Source: Adineta vaga (Eukaryota > Animalia > Rotifera). From it: a stretch of 64,000 nt of DNA. The stretch's first letter is position 1. Each line of letters starts with the position of its first letter. The stretch is taken from contig CP075494.1 in assembly GCA_021613535.1 (NCBI GenBank), positions 14,198,001 through 14,262,000 on the forward strand. The letters run 5' to 3'. Position numbers and translations under genes: made by a program. Of the stretch, positions 44,301-57,474 are shown piece after piece. A model generated the notes under the pieces. It worked only from the letters and a program-made list of their open reading frames with translations. It ran no database searches and had not been told where the DNA came from.

Positions 44301-46965
44301 CGTGTTTTTGTTGATTGGCCACATTTTCAATATGGAATCGTTTGTGCTATCAGTGATTTTCGACATATTCATATGTGGGTTAACATACCTGGTGGATCAA
44401 ATTTCATGTTTGAACCATATGAAATAGAAGAGAATTATGATTATAAAAATTTTACACAAACACCTATTTATGTATCGAATGTACCATTCGAAATAGGAAA
44501 TGATTATAATAAATCAGCTGCTGTTCAAAGTTATCTAATGAATGATATTGAACGAGAAATGGAATATACAAAAGCATTGAATATTAATCGTCAATATGAA
44601 AATCGACAAGGAATTTCTATTGGCCCAATACCTGTTCTACTTTATGTAAGTCCATTGATTGGTTATCGAACAAAATGTTCTTCGACATCGGATAAATGTC
44701 GAACAAATATGTGTTTTTCAAATCAAGCTTTAGCTTATCCTTTACAAACGACAGTTTTTACGTTACCAAACTACAAATCTGATTTGGATCGAATGCCACA
44801 AACAATTCATGATTATTTGAAAATTAACGATCAAATCTTCATTCTTCGTTCACCCTATTATTCGTTCAGTGGTTGTGTTCAAGAAATCAATCGAGATCGC
44901 AATGGAAAATATACTATCTCATGTCGAATGGAATCATCTGATACGACTAATCAACCGGATACAAATCAATTAGCACCGAAACTTCTTGAACATCAATTAC
45001 GATATTTTACTGCGCAAGATATAGCTGATCGATTGAATACAATACCATGTGTTATATCGAAAATCACAGGAAAAATCAATGTTTTCAGTTCAAATAAACG
45101 ACGTCGAAGAGCAATTCCAACGAATATTGGATTATCATGGAAAGTAAATAAACCAGTAAAACAGGTAAATATATCTTTGCTGTTGTTGTTGTTGTTCGAT
45201 ACATTTTAGTTTGTTCTGTTTTTATAGCTTCATGGTTATACGAAAAAGATCGATCAAATATGGTTTTATTCCGAAACAGCTATTACAATCATTTCGGAAT
45301 ATGTCACAAAGTTAGTATACTGTGAAAATACAAATGAATTTCTAATTCTCTTCATCACTCTTAGATTTCCACAGATTATAACTGAATTACAAAATAAACC
45401 AAAAGATGATAATTATTATGAACAAAAAATTTGGCCAGATCAAAATGCGTAATTCGATTCTTTTTTTTTCTTTGTCTAAATGTCATTTCGTTTCTTTTTT
45501 TTTCTTCTTCAGCAAAAAAGAATTACAACAGGTTCGTGCTTGGATTAAGAATCTACCAACACATTCAATGCCATTAACAGATGGTGCTTGGAAAGCACTT
45601 GATAGTCCTGTTATTGATGAATTGGATAAATCAATCAGATCATTCTTCGCTGTAAATTTCTAAACTTCCATCAATATTTCTTACGTTTCCTTTTTTTTAT
45701 TTATAGAAACGTGCTGAAAAAAATGCACCAAAAAAGAATAAAATAGTTTCGTTTGAACCTGAAGTTTTATTCAAAACTAGCGAATTACTTGGTATGTGTG
45801 ATCCAGATAGCAGTACACATTTTGAACTATTCGATCGTGTTGTCAATGTTCGTTTTGGTACGGGTGTTGCGATTGGTACACGTGGTACAATTGTTGGAAT
45901 TATGTATAGTCGAAATCATTTCGATACATATTATGAAGTTTTATTTGATACGCTTCCATCCAATAGTCTTGATGCGATCTTACATGCAAAAAATCAAGGA
46001 AAATCTCGAATTAAAGTTCATTCATATCATTTAATAAATTATTCGCATTCACTTCGACTTCGTTCTATGAATTATTATCAACAACGATCAGTACCGGCAG
46101 AAAATACTTGGGAACAACAGGCCGGAGGATATGCTTCAGCAAATTATCAACAACAATCGAATCGTGTTGATCGAAAAAATTCTTATGACAAAAATCCATC
46201 GACTAAACCCAAATCAGCTCCACCATTGACTACAAATGAAAGACCACAATTTCCTGAAGCAAAAGAAGATGCATCAAAACAAAATTCATCGTTATCTTCA
46301 CCACCTGTCGAAAATCTATCCAATCAACATATCATCTTCACACCACTCAATGACACAATGTCATCGGAAATTCCTTTCAAAGGTTTACAAACAAGTTCTG
46401 GATCAGAACAGATATTTTTACGTGCTATTCAAGATTCCGAACAATTACAAAATCCCTATCCACCAACAGCAGACATTAATTCACAAACATACTATTCAGC
46501 ATTTCCACCAACATTTCCACAAAATCAATACTATCAACTTCCACGTACAACTTTTCATTTCTTTCTTTTTTCGTTTTTCTTTTAACAATTTCTTCTTTTT
46601 CTCTTGCAGTAAATACTGAAGGTATGGGAAATTTACCGCCATATTCATCACCACAGTTATATCAATCAGGAAATAATTATCAACAATTCAGTCCATTTAT
46701 GTTTAACGGTTCAGAAGGTATTTCTTTAAATGATTTACCTACTCTCGCGGCAGAATCTGGTTATCCCATCGATTCTCTCCAACAACCATGGACAACATCA
46801 GCTTCAAATGTTTCAATTCAAGCTCAACAATTAGCATCAACATCACAATTAAATCATGAATCGCCTCCATTCATACCTCAACAAACAACTCCACCTATTG
46901 TAACAAACAAAGATGCTCTGAAATTCGTTCCCAGTCAAGTTCTACGTAATATACCGAAGAAATGA
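41397..46965 (+). CDS. XRN1: 5'-3' exoribonuclease 1
   Basis: [93 protein letters not shown] and [13 protein letters not shown]1-type C-terminal domains VFVDWPH, NIGL and [11 protein letters not shown]. Confidence 0.96.
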
Positions 46966-47288
46966 TTAAAAAAACCACTGATTCTCTATCTTTTCATTTT
47001 CTAATAATTTCTTTTCAATAACATATTTCTTTTTTCTCTCTTTGTGATGACATTTGTCTATGAAACTTATTTCTTTCATTTTTTGTTTCTGCTTCACGAT
47101 TGTAATCGATGTGATTTAGTTCATAAAAGTCTTTCAATTTCTTGAAGGATATAACAATCGAATACAAACAGTCGTTTCCGTTCGTTTTGGTGCGTAAATG
47201 TATAACAAAACTATCAAACTTTAATACAGAATTGATAATTAGTTTTCGGGATGAAAAGAACACTATTTATGCTCCGTTTTCTTTTCAG

Positions 47289-48471
47289 ATGACTACTCAG
47301 ACAACGAATATTTCCGTTGATGCACAATTAGATTGTGCTTTGGATTTAATGCGACGTTTGCCTCCGCAACAAGTCGAAAAGAATCTTTCCGATTTGATTG
47401 ATCTCGTTCCGGATTTAACTGAAGAACTTTTAGCTGCTGTTGATCAGCCTCTTAAAGTTGTTCGTGATCGAACTGCTGGCAAAGATTATTTACTATGTGA
47501 TTATAATCGTGATGGCGATTCTTATCGATCACCCTGGACAAATACATATATACCTGCATTTGACGGTTTGTTGAGTTGTTTATTTCCTTATTCAAAAATA
47601 GCAATGTACTTTTTCTTAAAAATGATTTTAACCACTCTTCAACAAAGACATTAAGTACCATCCATTGTGTTATTCTGATAACTGTCAGACATGATAATTT
47701 CTTTTTCAACTATCAACACTTTTAGGAACATTTTGTCACATTTTTTTTTCTTTTTTTCGATAAAAAAACACGGAGAGAGAAACTCTTAGATCTGTCACCG
47801 TTAAGAATCTAATTTGTTTCAATATGATTGATTAACTTCTTTTGACTATCTCATGCGTATAATCGTATTGACAACGAAGATCTGATTATTTATCTTTAGG
47901 AAATCTTCCGTCTGATCGTCTTCGACAATTAGAAATCGATGCTAATCAAGCTTTTGAACAATATCGTGAAATGTATTTTGAAGGTGGTGTTTCGTCCGTC
48001 TATTTTTGGGATTTAGAAAATGGTTTTGCTGGCGTTATCTTAATAAAAAAAGTCGGTGATGGAAGTAAGAAAATCAAAGGTTGTTGGGATTCGATTCATG
48101 TTGTTGAAGTTCAAGAAAAGCAAAGTGGTCGATCAGCACATTATAAGTTAACATCGACAGTTATGCTTTGGTTACAAACACAAAAGACAATGTCAGGAAT
48201 GATGAATTTAGGTGGAAGTTTAACACGTCAACTTGAAGCTGATCATCAAATCAGTGATTTTACTCAACATATTATAAATATTGGTCGAATGGTTGAAGAT
48301 ATGGAAAATAAAATACGACAAACATTAAATTCAATTTATTTTGGAAAAACAAAAGATATTTTAAATAGTTTGAGAAATTCCGAACATTCACAAAGTCGTC
48401 TTCGTTTACAACAAGCTAATTTCGCAGGTGAATTACAATCAGCATTGAATCGTAGTAGACCAGTTGAATAA
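47289..48471 (+). CDS. CAPZB: F-actin capping protein subunit beta; 2 coding exons (intron ~47565-47899)
   Basis: [61 protein letters not shown] and [11 protein letters not shown]. Confidence 0.97.
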
Positions 48472-48709
48472 AAACTTCCGTTTGCTATTTTTCTACTCGA
48501 AGAGAGAGAATGAATCAATTATTCATCTATACTTCGCTTCTTCTTCTTCTTTATTTATCAAACGCTTCATGGTGCATTTGTTCTACTCTTTGGCTTTTAT
48601 GTATATTTCATTCTATAATTCAAATACAACATATATTCTTTTCTTTTTTTATAATATATATATTCGGAATAAAATTCTTTTTTTAGATCTTTGATTCTTT
48701 ATTTCTATC

Positions 48710-49900
48710 ATGTTTAAACGAACTTCTACACCAGCGAGAAATCATTCGATTGGAAAGAAAAAATCAATTGGAATACAAATTGATTGTGATGATCAGTTAT
48801 TGATAGAAGGAAAAACGATGAATGATAAAGAATTTGAAATGTTTATCAAAGGTATGAGAATACAAAACTATTAAGATTAGAAGTTAGATACCTATCTATT
48901 TTCGTTCCTAATTGTGAAGGGAAAAAAAAGCTTGTCTTAAGGTATTTTCTTCTTGGATAAGATGATCCTCATGTAACTACAAATTCATTAAAAAAAGTAT
49001 TTCTCTGTGTTTTCGTACGTTCACACGACCATTTTCTGTTTCTTATCACGATAATACAGCGTATTCTTTATCGTTCATTAAATACAAAAAATCTACTGAC
49101 ATGTCACGAAGACGTTTCAAATGCCATCGAGTTGAAAGGATCGACTTGATATACATACGTTGTATCTAAAAATAATATATCTCTCAACAGATTTATTGTT
49201 CTGAATTGCTGAATGTTTTGCTTTGATGAGTGGCTTTCATCCAGCGAAACAATTAGAAAGTTCCTCGTTTTCGCGGAAATGACTGATATTAAATACTATA
49301 AAGCTATCTTGAAAGTAATTAGAAAATCATGCAAATATTCGCACAATTAAATGAAAGGAAAAGAATTGGTTTTAGAAAAAAAGATTTTCTAGTATATCTT
49401 TGAGGTATTCTTCTCAACATCCGCTTTTATTATTTGCAAATTGGAAACAATCATGCATGATAAGATTGAGGGTACTTATTCAGAACATTTTCTTTCCATC
49501 AAATAACTAATCAACAAATGCTTTCTTATGATATTATCCTCGAACTATGATTTTTTTCTCTTCGTCTTTCATCATAGTTCGCGCAATTGATCGCTATTGG
49601 AAACTACTAGCTGAACGTGCTCGAATACATCTCGAAGATCAATTAGAAGAAAACCGACAAGTATGTGAGAAAAATAAAAAGAAGAAGAATGACATAAATC
49701 TTTATCTTTTTTCAAGCTTCATGAATTACTTCAAGAATTAAATAAAGAAAATGAACAGTTAAACAATGTTTGTGATGTAATATAATTGATTAATTAAAGA
49801 CATTGATTTCATTGCATCTATTTTTGTTTTGTTTTAGTCAATTCTATCGGAATATGATAGTGGAATTGAATTACATACAACGAATGATTCTCAAATATAA
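48710..49900 (+). CDS. Geminin-family coiled-coil protein, ~115 aa; exons 48710-48851, 49578-49660, 49717-49776 and 49838-49900
   Basis: The spliced frame gives YWKLLAERARIHLEDQLEENRQLHELLQELNKENEQL, matching the geminin coiled coil as recalled (YWK..AE.RR.AL...L.EN..LH). All introns are GT-AG and in phase. Confidence 0.7.
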
Positions 49901-52900
49901 CTTTAACGACCGTTTCAATCTGAATAGAAAATGAAAAACTTTATCATTTTTTTTATTATAGGTCAAATATATAATGTCAGATGTTCTCTCAAGTTTTTTT
50001 TAATCTACATTCAGCATATGTTCTCAATTTTCAATGTCTTTCTTTGAATAAATAGATCGATTTTTTTCAGACAAAAATACAACAACAAGAGATTGTTGAT
50101 GGAATCGATTAGTTTTTCGGCATATTTGACATTTGTGCATAACTTCTGGCTGTACATATCCAATAGAAGACGATTGATAAAGAAAACATAGTACACATTT
50201 GTAGCCAGCTGTTGTGTATGTCATTCTCATGTACATGAATTGATCTTGTTGACAAGTATTAATGAATCAGAACGAGAGAAGTATTTTACTATTCATCAAA
50301 CAGATCACAAAACAATTTTTTTATCATATAATCTCTCATAGATTAATAATGATAGAGAATATTTAATATCGTTCACTATCAAAAGAAGAAACAATACTAT
50401 TTCTCTTATAACAAGTTCATTTTCATGTCAAAAATAAAGTCGAACAATTGTCATTACAACTGACTATCAATAGCGTAATTATCTGTTATAATTGTATAGA
50501 AAGATCATATTTCATTTAAGAAAAGAAATTGAAGAGAATTCAATTGTAGTTTTATGTCGATATATATTAAAAAAATAAGACTATTCTTTTTTTCCTCTTA
50601 TCTTCATTCATTTTTGGTAACAATCAGCAAGTCGTCCAAGGTTCTCCTACCAAGCACACCCGGTGTTCTTGTCAATCAGATTAGTTGATGTTTTCTATTT
50701 TCTTTCATTCAACATTCATATTTCTATCTTTTTCTTCTATGAAATAAATATACATATCGATGCCAGTAACACTCACTTAAATAATGAAGTGAATTGATTT
50801 GTTTTTTCTCATAAAAAAAAAGAAAAAACTACTGACGAAATTCGAATATCTTGTTGTTGTTAGTAAAACAAATCGAAGTCTATGAATGATTGAAGATAAA
50901 ATTTTCTCATCGAGTTTTTTTTCTCTTCTTCTTCTCCTCATTAAGATGAAGGAGATAAACAGAGAAGAAGAGAACACATACAAAAAAAGAAAACAACGTC
51001 ATTCTCTTGAAATATATTCAAGCAAAAACCTATCTATCAACTAAAATATTAAATTATGACATTTATCTCAAGTAAGTACCAAGAAATGCATAATAATTAG
51101 CTAATTGATTTTATACTTAAATAGATGAAGAAAGTTTATAAAGATTTCATACTTGTTTCGAAGATAAAACAATTCTAAATCATGCTTTTTTTAAACAATA
51201 GGAAAAAAAGGAAAGTTTTAATTGAATGAATATTCTATTCAGTTATTTGATATTAATAGGAAAATAAAGTTAAGTTCAAAGATTTCTGCATGATTTCGTT
51301 TTTAATATTCTAATGATTATTCTCTATTACTCAAGCAATTACTTTGTTTTTTCAACTGGATATAATGATATTTTAGCTTGATACTCTTTTAACATCAAAA
51401 ATATGTTCTCGAAGTTAGAAAAAGGAAAAAGCTACTTGATTCCTTCTTTTGCATTTCTCGTAAACATACATACTGATATCGTTTGCTATTTTCAGCATCA
51501 ACAGTGCAGTGCATGACAGGTGGGCGAATTCTGAGCCGTGTGTTCATATTAGATAAGTGAATCAAAATCTTAGAAAATAGTTTCCTTTTACTTTTTAAGA
51601 AGAAAAAAAAGGTTTTTCATGTGTCTTCATGCTTAGCGACGCAAATAAAATACCTGAGAGAAAAGAAAACTTAAACACAATCGTTTACGGACATTTGAAT
51701 GATAATCGAAAGACGAGTTTTATTTTCTTTAAAAGAAAAAGAACAAAAGAGGTGTTTCGATATCTATAAATAGAGTTAATCAGACGCTGGTGTCTTGATA
51801 GACATGTCAAGAAAAACTTGTAAGTATAAAAGATGATCATTTTGAAGAAAAATTTACACTTTAAGAATGTGTTAGAAAAATAAATCCTTCTCTTGTTTTC
51901 TTTTCGTGTATGATTTATCATTATTATGAGAAAGAAAGAACAAGAAGAAGAAAAAAACGCAAATGAATTTAATCCTAATAAAGAAGAAGAAGGGGAGAAA
52001 AAGAAAAGAAAGCTCTTTTCAAGACATATATGATTATTTCATTAAATTTTCTTGAATATAAGATGACATAAAAGCATTTTTGTCCAGCACGAACAACAAT
52101 ATGTCTATTATACAACATTTTCCCCCTTCTTCCTTTCAACAACTACACTTTCTATCGTTTGAGGCATCCGATTAGCAGGCATGACATTAGTCCAAACGGA
52201 AAACTGATTTGACTAATGTCATCTAGGGTGTATGTTTTCTCAAAACAAAGAATTTTTTTGTACAATACATATTTAATTGTTTTTATTTTACAAAAAAAAA
52301 CAACAAAACTAGACATAAGGATCCATATTATTTATATTCGATTGAGTGCAAATTTTATGCGAATATCAATTTCGATCATATGCACAGATGGTTTCTATTG
52401 ATCTTTTTCTCACTTTTGAACTTCTATATTAGATATTTTGTTGAGTTATATTCTTGTTAAAATGTAATACACGATGTCAATATATAAATCTAACAATATG
52501 AGAATATTGTAAACTATCATTCTAGGCAATTGTTAATTCAATGTTGATAGGAGTGTCAAAAAAAATCAGCGAATCATTCTTGTGTGAGTTATTTATGCAA
52601 TTAGGAAGCTTTCATTGTCTTTTTTTTTGTCTCACGCCTTTTCTTTCCTCCTTGATAGTAAGTACTCACTCAAAAAAGTGTGAGAGAGAGAATCAATACT
52701 AGTATTAACATTTCTTCTTTACCTCTTATTCATTTTCGATCAATAAGAAGCTATTTCAATTTCCGTAATAGATAAGAGTATTCTTGGCTTTATTAGAATA
52801 TGAATAGATAGTTTTATTGAGAATTTTCTTATAAATATTGGCAACTATATTAGAATCTCATATTCGATTATTAAATAGAATCGAATCAGTTGTTGTCAAT

Positions 52901-52924
52901 ATTTAGTACATAATCATCTGTATT

Positions 52925-52950
52925 TATATATATATATATATATATATATA
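52925..52950. repeat. (TA)n microsatellite
   Basis: About 13 TA units read directly. Confidence 0.9.
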
Positions 52951-53673
52951 CACCTATTTTGTCTCTATTAACGCTTATGTTTATATAACAAAGCGTTAAT
53001 TGTCTATACGAACACAATTGATGACATCCTTAAGTCTATTCGTTAACCGATAGAAGATGTTAGTATGATCTTTGATGACGAGACAAATAGCTAAGACACA
53101 TATCTGCCATAAATCATCGGTGAAGATGGCATACTTGCACACCCGTTGTCATATGCAACTGCCTGTGATTAAAGATTTTTCTCGTGTGGGATGATGACAG
53201 AAACGTCGATCTTATTATCTTGCCTTTTCTTTCTTTTCCGTTAACATATAGTTTTTTTTCTCTTCTCGTTCCTTAATGGATGGTTAGAGTAGTCATTTGG
53301 GGTTTTCATTTTAAGCCAAGAGAATTCATTGATAGAAGGTAATCAGACTATTTAACAATGCATTTGCTCACTTGCACTATTATGATAGCTCGAATGAGAG
53401 AGGAATACATGATTATATATCTTCGGCTCTTTTCTTGTTTTTTCATTTACAAAATTGAAGATTAATTCAGTGATAACGTTTGAAAAACAAGACACATCTC
53501 AGTTGCACCCGTTTGTCTTTTCCTCTTCCTATATATATATATATATATTCTAAACGTGATTGATTTTTTCCTGCTCCTCTTTACATGATATGACTTTTTT
53601 TTCTTCTAACAAATAAAACAAATATATCGATTTATTTAATTATTTTTTAAGATATGCGTGATAATTAATTCTA

Positions 53674-56614
53674 ATGAGTATAGAAATATCTTTATCGTTT
53701 ACGAATTTTTCGAATGATACTTATCAGAATACTACAACATCAGCGATACAATCATTACTTCGACTTGTTCCATTAACATGTATGATATTGATTGATATCA
53801 GTGCATTTCTTGGCAATCTACTTGTTATCTGTGCTTTCTTTCGTACACGTCGTCTTCAAACAGTAACAAATTATTTCATTGCATCATTAGCATTTGCTGA
53901 CGCACTCGTTGCGATCTTTGTTCTTCCTCTCAGTATCTATTGTTATCAACGTAATCGTTCATGGAAACTCGGATTAATCTTATGTGATCTATGGGTATCA
54001 TCCGATGTTCTTTTATGTACATCAAGTATATTAAATTTAACATGTATATCAGTCGATCGTTATATGGCAATAACAAAACCATTAACATATACAGCATATC
54101 GATCGAAATTTCTTGCTCGTATTATGATTTTATTAGTATGGATCGTTTCAGCTGTCATTACATGTCCGCCAATTTTTGGTTGGCGAGATAAAAATCGACG
54201 ACAAATGGTAAATATAATCTATTTTTGTTTTGTTTTGTTTATTGTATAGATTTATTTTTAGGTCGAAGAAAATTATCAATGTGATCTAAATACTGCACGA
54301 GGTTATGTTATTTATTCTGCACTTGGTTCATTTTATATTCCCGGTGTTGTTATGATATTTGTTTACATACGCATATTTATGGTTGTTTATGATCGTGAAA
54401 ATTTAATAAAAAAATTTCACAATAATAATAATAATAATAATAATAATACATTACCTATCAATAATACTAATCCAACAGCAAATCTTATTATAAAATCAAA
54501 TACAAATGGTATCACACATAATATACCAGAAATATCAGCGGAGAAAAAAAAATTTCAAAGAATTTCTTCATGTTGTTGTTTTTGTTTTCGAAGAAAATCT
54601 TCAATTTCATCTCATCATACTTGTCCAGGAATTGAACAGAAACCAAATGGATATCTTATTTATCGTTTTACGAATAATAATAGCAATCATAATTATAATA
54701 ATTACAATAGCAATACAAGTTCACCTAGACATAGTCCATCAATGAATTCGAAAGCATCAGTTTTATCTCGGTCATGTCCGAATTCCAGCAAGAAAATGAG
54801 TAATATGTCTGATGATATTTATCAATATCGTCGAAATTATTTAGCACATACTTCAGCAGATTATCAGGTTCACAACGATGATACACCTTGTTATGAATTA
54901 AAATCTCTCGAAAAATTACCGTCACCATTAATGAAATGTCGATCACGTTCATTTGAACATACATCATTAATTAAAATACGTGATTTAAATGCTGAATTAA
55001 GTCATAGTCGACAATTAAAAGCAGCAGCAGTAGCTGCAGCTTCGTCTGTAACAAATAAAAACATAAAGGTAAACTATATAAGTCAATTCGATCATTTTTT
55101 TACTAACTACTTTTCACCTTTATCTAATTAATCTGACGAGTACAATCATAAATGACGTACGTTGACACAGTGTTCAGTGAGCTTATTGAAAATGACATTT
55201 TCATAGGAATTTTGCAATGCCTAAAGAAGAAAATACATGATTAATAAATGAATAGTTCAATGTACTTGAATTGATTTTCACTTTTAGCTATTTGCCATAC
55301 AATCCAGCTCAGTTGAGATAAGAATTCATCTACTTTCTTTTCTTTCTCTTGAGAGAATATAGGAAACGGAAATTACTGGGTAGATATTTCTTTTGTATAC
55401 CCAAAGAAAAATAAAAGGCAAATCAAATACCGCCAAGGTGTAATTATATCCCATAATTGATTGCAAAGAAATCGGATATTCTCTTGATCAACGAATAGAA
55501 ATACAAAAATACGCATTTCTAATCCAATTAAAACTGAATCATCATTTGTATTCCGTTTTCCTTTTTTCAGAATCAATTCGATCAACAAATCGACTTGTCT
55601 CGTGATATTTTTCCATCTGCACCTGATAGTCCAAATTCAACAGCACAATCATTACATGAATTAACACAAATTCCATTGAAAAAAGATACATCAAAACATC
55701 GTAAACGTTCTCGACAACATTTAAATGTTTTTCCCATGCGAGAAAGAGCAACAACGAATCCTCCAAAGATTCAAGAAATGCTTACAGATAGTCCATCATT
55801 TCCACATTCATTAAGACAAAAACAAATGATGATCGAACCGACGCGTATTAATCGTCGAATAAAATCATCTCGTTCAATGAATAGTTCACCGTCTGCTATT
55901 CTATTAGAAAATATTAAACAACAACATCGTATTACTCGAAATCCATCAATTCGATCAACTCAATCATCAAGATCTCTTGCATCAATGCGATATTTTACAC
56001 ATTCAAGTGAAAATTCCAATGATAGCCATCCGAATCCAAAATCCGTATGGAATTGTTGTTGTTACTGTTTTAATTCTTCATCATCTAGTAATTCATCTCA
56101 AAATATTACCAGACAAATTTTTGTTTATACACCTAATCATTCTCTAACGATGGATGACGATGACGATGAGAAAATGTCATCAACAGATACTGCAAATCGT
56201 GCACCACTCTATACACCTGTACAATCATCCTCTGTAGCACATGTTAGTTCGCGTGGAAACGGTGGACCAGGTGATGTTCAACGTCGTGAACGTATTCGTT
56301 TTATGAAAGAACAAAAAACAGCGAAAACATTAGCCGTTGTCGTTGGTGGTTTTATTCTTCTTTGGCTACCATTTTTCATCATGTATATTATCCCACAAGA
56401 AAAATTCGTTTTTCATCCTCATACGAATACATTAATAACTTGGTTAGGCTATTTCAATTCCGTGATCAATCCATTTATATATGCGTATTGTTCGAAACAA
56501 TTCCGTATGGCATTTTGGAATATTACATTTGGTGTATGTATAAAACGATCATCCGTCTTATTGCCACTTGCAAATAAAAATAAACAACTACATCAACGTC
56601 GGATGAATGAATGA
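53674..56614 (+). CDS. Class A biogenic amine GPCR (octopamine/tyramine, alpha-adrenergic-like); 3 coding exons
   Basis: GNLLV, LAFAD, TM3 Asp in WVSSDVLLCTSSILNL, DRY, GYVIYSALGSFYIP, KEQKTAKTL, WLPFF and WLGYFNSVINPFIY. Confidence 0.92.
54421..54447 (+). repeat. (AAT)9 encoding poly-Asn in the GPCR third intracellular loop
   Basis: Direct reading of the sequence. Confidence 0.9.
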
Positions 56615-57474
56615 ATAACATATTTGATTTTGTTTATATTTGTAAATAATATTTGATCTAATTCTTTTTTTTCTGTCCGATGTTCAGTTAAAAATTTTAT
56701 TTTCTTGAAAGAAAATTATTTTTCATACAAAAACAGAACATATGATTGTCAATATTTTGCAATGAAATTCATGAATGATGAATATCAAAGATCTTATTTA
56801 TATTCTAAATAACAATAATGTTATTCTAATGTTGATATACTGTCAAAATATTCCCACGAGAAATACATATTTATGGTTTCAATGCATTAGTTAACTATTT
56901 GATAATTCATAAATTTCAAGTCTATCATTCATCTATCTATAAGATATAGTTAATTAAAAAGTTCACTTATAATCGCTTCAAATAACCGTAAGTTAATCGA
57001 ACAAGGACAATCTATATGAACTGTTGAGCTAGAGCATCAAGACTTTTCGTCTGAGATGATCGGTCGAAGACATAGAAAAAGATCATGAAGTCGAAGAGGA
57101 GAAACAAAGCAACTGGATATTAAATTCTAAGAATAAGAATGAATTATAGTCCCTTGATTGTCATTGACGTTCATCAAATAATTACAGTTTGTCTGTCTCG
57201 AGGAAGGAAGGAAGAAACTATTCGATCGAACAATAATAATTTTTCTATATCATCTTTCAAGTACAAAATGTTCTCATACATACATTTACTTTTGTTGTAT
57301 ATGTATTGAATTTTCGACATTGTTTTCATTGAATGGTGACATCTTTCATTAAAAAAAAGTATTTCGATTGGATTCGATAACACGTACAGAAGTTTTTTTT
57401 TTCGACATATAATATAATATTTATATGCATTTTCTTTTTGTAATACAATAAATCAAAAGCAAATAGAAGATGAA

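Noticed and set aside
49980-50260. Possible small spliced minus-strand gene
   Set aside because: A plausible ~47 bp intron exists, but no start or consistent frame could be established.
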